Below, piece by piece: positions 32,193 through 39,502 of a stretch of DNA of 64,000 bases. Made by a program: the position numbers and the translations under genes. The notes below the pieces were generated by a model. That model was not told the origin of the DNA and did not search any database. It saw only the letters and a list, made by a program, of their open reading frames with translations. How positions within the stretch are numbered: position 1 is the first letter of the stretch; each line of letters begins with the position of its first letter. The DNA comes from an uncultured Planctomycetota bacterium. GTDB lineage: Bacteria > Planctomycetota > Planctomycetia > Gemmatales > Gemmataceae. Location: the NCBI GenBank assembly GCA_963849325.1, contig CAWKHF010000010.1, positions 256,001-320,000 on the forward strand, given 5' to 3'.

Positions 32193-32591
32193 TCTCGATC
32201 CCGGGTTCGATTGAGGGCGAGACACTCAAGGGTTGGCGATTACCGCCGCGCTGAGTGTCGGTCAATCATCCTGATCTTCGATCGGATTGCTCCGCATGTC
32301 CGTTCGCTGGAGGCCCGAAGTCCGAGCCGGCGGATGGTGGTTCTCCTTTAACCGCGGGCGGCCATCAAACCGTAATTCCGTTTAAGTTGACTCAAAGGTC
32401 CGAATCTGCCCAAGTTCGCCAAAGTATACAGGGAATGACACTAACAACATAAGGGCAAAAAGCAAGAAAAAACCAAGGATTGCAGTCATTTTCCCCATCT
32501 TCACGGCGGATTCGCTGCTGAGGCAGAGATTGCGAAGCAACTCTTGTTCCTTCTCGTAACAACATGCGGTTATGTGTTCCTACGTTTCTGA

Positions 32592-32641
32592 GATTAACAT
32601 TCGTTAACAGCGGATGATAGCGATGTAAACAATTGTTAACA
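32592..32641. promoter_or_regulatory. Two tandem operator-like sites upstream of the EPS operon
   Basis: GATTAACattcGTTAACA (32592-32609) and TGTAAACaattGTTAACA (32624-32641), 32 bp apart, in the AT-rich divergent intergenic region. Confidence 0.55.
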
Positions 32642-32733
32642 GGGGACACCCCTTCAATAAGTCGATTACACCTTTCCGCGTGCTTGATAGGATGAGGGTG
32701 GATAGAGGCCATCGGTCGGAAGGAGCATTGCGG

Positions 32734-33491
32734 ATGAAAGACCATGATCGCGAGTTGGCGAGGGCCTTTGACCGGCGAGCGGCGCAGTTCGAGCGGCGCC
32801 GGTGCAAAGTGATCCGTCGGCCCTCGCCCAGCTGGTTCAGTTCGCGGATTTTCCCTCGGGGGCGTGGGTGTTGGATGCCGGCTGTGGGCCGGGTCTGGTC
32901 GGCGAGGCGCTGCTGCGGACGGGACTGCGCGTCCTGGGTGTCGATCTATCGGCGGAGATGATCGAGCGAGCGCGGCAGCGCTGCGCCTCGTTCGGCGATC
33001 GCGCCTGCTTCGAACAGAAATCGGTCTTCGACGCCTCGCTGATCGGCCCGTTCGACGGAGTGGTGTCGCGCTTCGTCCTCCATCACGCGCCGGACCCAAC
33101 GGCTTTCGTCCGCCGCCAGGTTGAGCTGCTGAGGCCGGGCGGCGTCCTGGTGTCGGCCGACCACACGACGGACCCCGACGCCGCCCGCGCGGCGTGGCAC
33201 CAGGACATCGAGCGCGGCCGCGACCACACGCACACCCGTAACCTCACCCCCGGCGAACTCGTGGATCTGCTGGCCGGCGCCGGCTTGATCGACCTGCGTT
33301 TGATCGAGGCGCCCATTGTCCTGGACTTCGACGAGTGGTTCGATCGCGGGACGCCGGCGGAAACCAAGGAGGCCGTTCGCGCTCGGATGCGGGTCGGGCC
33401 GGCGGCCCGCGGGTTTCAGCCGATGCCGATGGAAAGCGGAGTACGGATTGATGGTTGGCTGGCGTTGGTCCGAGGCGTGAAACCTGGCTGA
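32734..33491 (+). CDS. Class I SAM-dependent methyltransferase; frameshift near 32800
   Basis: AAGGAG RBS then MKDHDRELARAF; LDAGCGPG, GVDLS, SRFVLHH, LRPGG. Confidence 0.85.
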
Positions 33492-33629
33492 TGCCAACGA
33501 GCGGCAGCCTCCCGCCGATACATCGCCGTTCCCGAAGAGCGAAAAGATGAGAAATCGAAGATGTTTCGCAGGGCGGAAATATCCTTGACCGCTGCGCAAG
33601 CCTGCGGATAGATAAGGAGAGCCGTGCTA
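32992..33629 (+). repeat. Direct duplication, copy 1 (3' part of the methyltransferase + ~140 bp downstream)
   Basis: Aligns by eye with 36987-37623 throughout, with scattered substitutions. Confidence 0.92.
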
Positions 33630-33727
33630 GGTCGCGCATCAGCCGCGCTAGGCCGCGCAGACCCTTGCTAGATCGCGCAACAGCCTTGCTGGATCGCGCA
33701 AGCGCGCGACCTAAACAGATGTTCGGC
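33621..33727 (+). other. attI-like site: four ~21-bp direct repeats followed by CCTAAACAGAT-GTTCGGC
   Basis: Units 33621-41, 33642-61, 33662-82, 33683-703 (consensus gcc.tgcta.g.tcgcgca); core GTTCGGC at 33721-33727, just before the RBS and GTG of the GNAT. Confidence 0.5.
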
Positions 33728-33743
33728 GAAGGAGGGCTTCGAC

Positions 33744-34292
33744 GTGGAGGTCTTGATCCGGTCGGCAACCGAAGCAGATCTCGGCGCCGTCCGCGACATC
33801 TACAATTATTACGTCAGTCGCTCCACCTGCACGTTCCAGATCGAGTTGGATACGGAGGCAAAGCGGCTGGCGTGGTTCCGCGACCGCTCACCGTCCCATC
33901 CGGTTATTGTCGCCGAAGTGGCGAGCGCGGTTGTCGGTTGGGCAGCCCTCTCCGCGTGGAACTCGCGCTGCGGTTACTCCCGGACAGTGGAGGCGTCGGT
34001 CTACATTCGCCATGATCTACACCGGCGTGGAGTCGGAATGTCGTTGATGCTCGACCTGATTGAACGAGCGCGTTCAGCCGGCCACCATACAATCATCGGT
34101 GGCGCTTGTACCGAGCAGACCGCGAGCCTGGCTTTGCAAGCGGCGCTGGGGTTTGAGCAGGTGGCGCGCTTTCGGGAGGTGGGGTACAAGTTCGGCCGCT
34201 GGCTCGACGTGGCCTACATGCAGTTATTTCTGGACGGCAAAGATATGCCGAGCAAGACGCTACAGCAGGCCGGCCAGGCGACACAAGGTTAG
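33744..34292 (+). CDS. GNAT N-acetyltransferase (phosphinothricin acetyltransferase / YncA-MnaT type), cassette-like
   Basis: IYNYYV..STCTF, VEASVY, RRGVG, VGYKFGRWLDV; GGAGG RBS. Confidence 0.92.
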   Translation: MEVLIRSATEADLGAVRDIYNYYVSRSTCTFQIELDTEAKRLAWFRDRSPSHPVIVAEVASAVVGWAALSAWNSRCGYSRTVEASVYIRHDLHRRGVGMSLMLDLIERARSAGHHTIIGGACTEQTASLALQAALGFEQVARFREVGYKFGRWLDVAYMQLFLDGKDMPSKTLQQAGQATQG

Positions 34293-34348
34293 TCGAGTCA
34301 TCACACGCCAAGCCCGCGTAAGCCGGCTGGTGAGCTTGGTCGGTGGGG
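34247..34348 (+). other. Degenerate attC-like recombination site
   Basis: R''-like GCCGAGC, 5-nt spacer, L'' GCT(A)CAGCAG(G)CCGGC pairing with L' GCCGGCTGGTGAGC (34322-34335) with two unpaired bases, 6-nt spacer, degenerate R' GGTGGGG. Confidence 0.55.
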
Positions 34349-34363
34349 AGTCTTGTGGCGAAA

Positions 34364-34502
34364 GCCAGGGCGATGTTGGCGAAGCGACTTGCTCGGCACG
34401 ATCTGGCAGTGACAGGCGGCGCTTTGGGAGCGGTGTTGTCCCAGCGGGCGGCGTCGGTCTCTGTGCACGACCTCGGGGATGAATTCCACGACCAAGGCCG
34501 TC
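34364..34502 (+). pseudogene. Remnant of a paralogous ECF sigma factor gene
   Basis: Translates ARAMLAKRLARHDLAVTGGALGAVLSQRAAS...MNSTTKAV, matching ARALLAKRLARHGLAVLGGALTEVLSQQAAS...MSSTIKAV at 35226-35363. Confidence 0.8.
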
Positions 34503-34664
34503 TGTTCGTTTTCTAGCCGATTGCCGCGGAAAGCATCATGAATCCTCAATGGCGATAGGCCAAACTAACGGTTGAAGTGTTCCGGCGTGCAAAACCGTGG
34601 ATCAAACCGACTGGAGCGGGTAATACCATTGTAGAGGGCGAAGCAGACACGTAAGAGGACTCGG

Positions 34665-36710
34665 ATGGCGACAAGCCAGATGAGTAAGGTCATCCAACAC
34701 CTGCGCAACACCTTGCTGCTGCGTCAAGGGCGGGACCTGACCGATGGACAACTACTGGAGTCATTCGTCAGCTGCCGTGAGCCAGCGGCGCTCGAAGCCC
34801 TCGTGCGCCGCCACGGCCCGATGGTTTGGGGCGTCTGCCGCCGAATCCTCCGCAATCACCACGATGCCGAGGATGCGTTCCAGGCCACCTTCCTCGTCCT
34901 GGTCCGCAAGGCCGCTTCCATTGTGCCCAGAGAAATGGTCGGCAACTGGCTCTACGGAGTGGCCCAGCAGACGGCACTCAAGGCGAGGGCGACGACAGCC
35001 AAGCGGCGGACGAGAGAGCGGCCAGAGACAGAGGCGTCCGAACCCGCCATGACAGAACGAGACTTATCGCAAGACTTGCAACCGCTGCTCGATCAGGAGT
35101 TGAGTCTTCTGCCGGACAAGTACCGAGTCGTAATTGTCTTGTGCGACCTGGAAGGCAAGACTCGCCAGAAAGTGGCCCGACAACTTGGTTGTCCTGAAGG
35201 GACCGTGGCGAGCCGGCTGGCTCGGGCGCGGGCGTTGTTGGCGAAGCGACTTGCTCGGCATGGTCTGGCAGTGTTGGGTGGCGCCCTGACGGAAGTGCTT
35301 TCGCAACAGGCGGCGTCCTCCTGCGTGCCGACTGCGGTGATGAGTTCCACGATCAAGGCCGTGACTCTGGTTGCGGCGGGGCAAGCGGCGACTACCGGCC
35401 TGATCTCGGCCAAGGCAGCTGCTCTCGCAGAAGGAATGGTGAAAACCATGTTGCTGACCAAACTCAAGACGGTGACAGCCGTGCTGCTCGTGCTGGCCAC
35501 ATTCGGATTCGGTGGAGGGCTATACTCGTACCAGCTGGGAGTACAGCAGAGTCCTGCCGTTAAACCGCTCGCTGGAAGCGACAAGGGGCAGAGGGGCAAC
35601 GAGGAAGAAAAAGACCCCGACAGGCAAGCCAAGAAACAGGCCAAACCGAACAAGAACATAGAGGAACAGCAGCTGGAGCAGATACGGGCGGCTGAGGCTA
35701 AGCTACAGGCGGCCGAGGCTGATCTATTGCGGGCCAAGAAAGACGCCATCGCGAAAGAGTTGAAGGCGCTGGAAGGGACGTGGGAAGCTGTCGCTGGCGT
35801 CCGGGATGGGGATAATGTGAATTTCAACGGGGACAAAAAGCTACGGATTACGCTCGGCGCGGATGGAGCGTACACGGTCGAGTGCGGCGGCGAAGTCATC
35901 GCCGGCGGCAAGTGGGATCTGTACCCGTGGCAAAAGCCCAAGGCCGTGGACGATACCACCGCGAACGGCAAGTTAGTCCTCGGCATCTACGAATTGGCGG
36001 GGGACGAATTGCGGTTGTGCCAGGGAATGCCCCACTACAATGGTCCGGTGACGCCCCGAATGGCTCGGCCCACCACATTCTCCTCGAAGCGCGGCAGCAA
36101 GCGCTGGCTTACCACCTTCCGCCGGGAGAAGCCCGAACAGATAGACAAAGGCGTGGAGGGCAAGAGGGTGGACAAGGCGGATGCCGTGGTGTGGGGGAAG
36201 GAGGTCGATGGCCTGCAAGCGGGCGTGGGCCAGCGGCCTGGCAACAACGAAGGCGACGAGGCCAGTGAGACGATACGACTGGTGGTGAAGGTCCGTAATG
36301 TCGGCAAGTTGCCAGTCGCGGTCACATATTCTTCTCAACCCTTCGATGACTTTCCTCCAACGGTACAGAACAAAAGCGGCGAGTTCCTACGGACTTTCAT
36401 GCCCCCATTTGCCCTCTATAAAAGGCGAAATATCGAGGAGACGCTTAAGCCCGGAGAGGAACTCGAATTCGGCAAAAATGAGTCGGCCACAGGCCCGGAC
36501 GAGAAGCTTATCGATCTTCACCCGCCACTACTTGGCGTAGCCGATCCGAAGACCCAACCGAAGCAGCCAGAGGTGGACTTCCCGACCGTATACGCCCCAA
36601 CCGGAGTGTATAAAATCAGCTATAGGGGCTTTATCCATAATCACCCGACGCTCTCAACCGGGGAACTGGGGATCGAAGTCACGACCTGCATAAAGCTACT
36701 GGAGCGCTAA
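34665..36710 (+). CDS. Planctomycete-type ECF sigma-70 factor with TM segment, TIGR03067-like domain and an additional C-terminal domain
   Basis: RRHGPMVWGVCRR, DAEDAFQATFLVL (region 2), LCDLEG..GTVASRLARAR (region 4), TM helix, LKALEGTWEAV..GIYELAGDELRLC, WGKEVDGLQAG; AGAGGA RBS. Confidence 0.93.
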   Translation: MATSQMSKVIQHLRNTLLLRQGRDLTDGQLLESFVSCREPAALEALVRRHGPMVWGVCRRILRNHHDAEDAFQATFLVLVRKAASIVPREMVGNWLYGVAQQTALKARATTAKRRTRERPETEASEPAMTERDLSQDLQPLLDQELSLLPDKYRVVIVLCDLEGKTRQKVARQLGCPEGTVASRLARARALLAKRLARHGLAVLGGALTEVLSQQAASSCVPTAVMSSTIKAVTLVAAGQAATTGLISAKAAALAEGMVKTMLLTKLKTVTAVLLVLATFGFGGGLYSYQLGVQQSPAVKPLAGSDKGQRGNEEEKDPDRQAKKQAKPNKNIEEQQLEQIRAAEAKLQAAEADLLRAKKDAIAKELKALEGTWEAVAGVRDGDNVNFNGDKKLRITLGADGAYTVECGGEVIAGGKWDLYPWQKPKAVDDTTANGKLVLGIYELAGDELRLCQGMPHYNGPVTPRMARPTTFSSKRGSKRWLTTFRREKPEQIDKGVEGKRVDKADAVVWGKEVDGLQAGVGQRPGNNEGDEASETIRLVVKVRNVGKLPVAVTYSSQPFDDFPPTVQNKSGEFLRTFMPPFALYKRRNIEETLKPGEELEFGKNESATGPDEKLIDLHPPLLGVADPKTQPKQPEVDFPTVYAPTGVYKISYRGFIHNHPTLSTGELGIEVTTCIKLLER

Positions 36711-36928
36711 ACTGCCGCAATTGGGAGCAGGGCCGTCAGCATCAGGTTGAACGGCTTCGCGTACCGCCCGCGTGTAGTGAAAGTGCTTGTCTTGCCCCGG
36801 CCCCAGCCGCGACCGATCTGCTCCTGCGTCGCCAATACCGGGTCACCCATCTTCTTATCGCAATCGACCGCCGACCGCTCCGGCGGCACTGTTGTCACCA
36901 TCCCGCTCCCGACAGAAGGAAAAGGGCG

Positions 36929-36986
36929 TCAGAAAAGGTTTCAGGAACCTTTTTCGATCGAAAAAGGCTCCTGAAACCTTTTCTGA
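36929..36986. repeat. 58-bp near-perfect palindrome (AAAAGG..TCAGGAACCTTTT family)
   Basis: TCAGAAAAGGTTTCAGGAACCTTTTTCGA|TCGAAAAAGGCTCCTGAAACCTTTTCTGA, no loop, one mismatch. Confidence 0.92.
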
Positions 36987-37484
36987 TCGGCGATCGCGCC
37001 TGCTTCGAGCAGAAGTCGGTCTTCGACGATTCGCTGATTGGCCCGTTCGATGGAGCGGTATCGCGCTTCGTCCTCCATCACGCGCCGGACCCGGCGGCCT
37101 TCGTTCGCCGCCAGGTTGAACTGCTGCGACCGGGCGGCGTCCTGGTGGCGGCCGACCACACGACGGACCCCGACGCCGCCCGCGCGGCGTGGCACCAGGA
37201 CATCGAGCGCGGACGGGACCACACGCACACCCGCAACCTCACGCCGGGCGAACTCGTGGACCTGCTGGCCGCTGCCGGCTTGATCGACCTGCGTTTGGTC
37301 GAGGCGCCTATTGTTCTGGACTTCGACGAGTGGTTCGACCGAGGCACCCCGGCGGAGACCAAGGAGGCCGTTCGCGCGGATGCTGTCTGGGCCGATGGCC
37401 CGCGGGTTTCAGCCGACGCCGAGAGAAAGCGGAGTGCGGATCGACGGTTGGCTGGCGCTCGTCCGAGGCGTGAAACCCGGGTGA
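36987..37484 (+). pseudogene. 5'-truncated, frameshifted second copy of the class I methyltransferase
   Basis: Starts abruptly after the palindrome at codons GDRACFEQKS, lacks the SAM-binding motif, and has an indel near 37380. Confidence 0.88.
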
Positions 37485-37623
37485 TCCCATCGAGCGGCAG
37501 ACCCCCGCGGTTACATCGCCGTTCCCGAGGAGCGAAAAAATGAGAAATCGAAGATGTTTCGCAGGGTCGAGATGTTCCTTGACGGCTGCGCAAGCTTGCG
37601 GATAGATAAGGAGAGCCGTGCTA
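36987..37623 (+). repeat. Direct duplication, copy 2
   Basis: Homologous to 32992-33629; homology ends at GAGAGCCGTGCTA in both copies. Confidence 0.92.
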
Positions 37624-37707
37624 ACATCTCGCGCGAGCGCGCGTGTTCGATAAGCGTTCCACTCGGACGGCGGCAAGCAATTTCAGAAGAGCCTCAAGAC
37701 GCACGCG

Positions 37708-38013
37708 GCCCAAACGCACCGTCACCTCATCAGCACCCTTCAGCCGCTCGTCCCAAACCACAAGCTCGAACGTGCCGTCGCTCCGTTGCAGCAGCAGTTC
37801 ATGCACGGTGGCCGGCTGCTCCGGGATGGAGTAATGGAGTTGGCCGGGCTTGGCGAGGGAACCCTTATCGGCCAGGGTCGTCGTGAGGTTGTGCAGGTAG
37901 ACGGCGGCTTTGCGCGGCGCGTAGTCCGACTTGAAAAACCCGAAGCTTTGATTGCCACCTTCGTCCGTGCGGTCGCGCAGAAGGTAGACGGCGGTGTAAC
38001 TCCAACCCCGCTT
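37708..38013 (-). pseudogene. Internal fragment of a glycoside-hydrolase-like gene
   Basis: KRGWSYTAVYLLRD..FGFFKSDYAPRKAAVYLHNLT..ELVVW reads as the C-terminal strands of a GH-A-like barrel plus a beta domain; no start codon or N-terminus. Confidence 0.55.
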
Positions 38014-38026
38014 GAGCGGACTATCC

Positions 38027-39337
38027 CTACAGAACCTTCCGTGACGGCAGCGCGCGCAGGCCGTTGGCCTCGTCGTCTCCGAGGAACTGCTCCTTGGCCG
38101 GATCCAGATGCAGCTTGCGATTGAGCAACCACGACAGGGCCGCCGCATGGCAGGCGATGTGCGAGCGGCGCATCACCTGCGAGTTGGCTGCCGGACGTCC
38201 ACGCGACTTGACGCAGTCGAAAAAGTTCCGCGCATGGGCCGACACGTCCAGTCCCTTCTCCCGCTTGCCCCCCAGATCCTTCAGCTCCTCTCGGAGCGAA
38301 GCCGGATGCACCTCGATCCCGCCGCTGTCGCCGACCTCGACCCAGCCCTCGTCTCCGACGAACCGCACCGGGCAGGTACCCAGCGATTGCACCCAGCCGG
38401 GACGCTCCTTGAACGGCGTCTTGAGAAAGTCGAGTACGAGTTTGACCCCGTTGGCGTAGCGGGCCGTCACGTTGGTGGCCGACGGCTCGTACTCCACCGG
38501 CATGGTGTCGTCCGCTTTGTTGGCCCACTGGCAGAGATCCACGGTGTGGGCGCCCCAGTCCAGGAGCCGAGCCCCCGAGTCGAAGTCCCAGTAGCCGCGC
38601 CAGCCTCCCTGTACGTATGCCTTGTTGTACGGCCGCCAGGGGGCTGGCCCCAGCCACAGATCCCAGTCCACCACGTCGCGCGGCGGTGTCGGCTCCGCCG
38701 GCAGCCAGGCCGTCTGCACCTGCGGTGTGTACACCGAAGCGTACAGCGTGTGCAGCTTGCCGAGCTTGCCGCTGTGCGCCAGCCGCACGGCCGCCTGGAA
38801 GTTCGCCACGCTGCGACGCTGTGTGCCGGCCTGGAACACGCGCTTCGTCTTGCGAATTGTGTCGTCGAGAGTCTGACACCAGGCGATGGTGAGGCCGCAG
38901 GGCTTCTCGCTGTAAATGTCCTTGCCGGCCCGCGCAGCCAGGATCGACGCCGGCGCGTGCCAGCGGTCGCCGGTGGCGATGAGTACGGCGTCGATGTCGC
39001 GCCGCGCCAGCAACTCGTGGAAGTCGCGGTAGGTCGTGCAGTCCTTGGTCTGGTAGTGGGAGTCCACGAGCTTCTTGCCCGCCTCGCGCCGGCTGGCCTG
39101 CACATCACAGACGGCCAGGCACCGCACGTCGGGCAGCTTGAGAATCGCCTGGAGGTCGTAGGTGCAGCGTGGGCCGAAGCCGATGACACCCAGCGTGATG
39201 CGCTCGGACGGGGCCGTTTTGCCGTCCCGGCCGAGCGCGGCCGCGGGCACGAACCAGGGAGCCGCCAGCGCCGCCCCCGCCGTCGCCGACCGCATCAGCA
39301 CGTCCCGCCGTGTCAGACTATCCTTCGACGTATGCAT
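38027..39337 (-). CDS. Gfo/Idh/MocA family oxidoreductase with Tat signal
   Basis: TRRDVL twin-arginine motif; VIGFG, IATGDRWH, YSEKP, GTQRRS, WDLWLGPAP, DWGAH; GGAGGA RBS. Confidence 0.93.
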   Translation of the reverse strand: MHTSKDSLTRRDVLMRSATAGAALAAPWFVPAAALGRDGKTAPSERITLGVIGFGPRCTYDLQAILKLPDVRCLAVCDVQASRREAGKKLVDSHYQTKDCTTYRDFHELLARRDIDAVLIATGDRWHAPASILAARAGKDIYSEKPCGLTIAWCQTLDDTIRKTKRVFQAGTQRRSVANFQAAVRLAHSGKLGKLHTLYASVYTPQVQTAWLPAEPTPPRDVVDWDLWLGPAPWRPYNKAYVQGGWRGYWDFDSGARLLDWGAHTVDLCQWANKADDTMPVEYEPSATNVTARYANGVKLVLDFLKTPFKERPGWVQSLGTCPVRFVGDEGWVEVGDSGGIEVHPASLREELKDLGGKREKGLDVSAHARNFFDCVKSRGRPAANSQVMRRSHIACHAAALSWLLNRKLHLDPAKEQFLGDDEANGLRALPSRKVL

Positions 39338-39502
39338 GATCGTTTCCTCCGGTCCCCCTGTGCGCTCATTCGACGTGTGGGTCGGTCGGAGCGCCACTTC
39401 TGCTTACGATAATCCCGGCTCCCCATCGCACGCAAGAGAGCAACACCCCATTCGCCCCTTCGAGCGACGTAGTTCCCATCGCTGTCACCCGACCGACGGC
39501 GA

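Noticed and set aside
33490-33620. 5' remnant of an integron integrase next to the attI-like site
   Set aside because: Minus-strand translations show no IntI or tyrosine-recombinase motifs, and the candidate ATG is followed by TAA in the second copy.
33621-33703. Four ~21-bp repeats as a mini CRISPR array
   Set aside because: The units abut with no spacers, are degenerate, and no cas genes are present.
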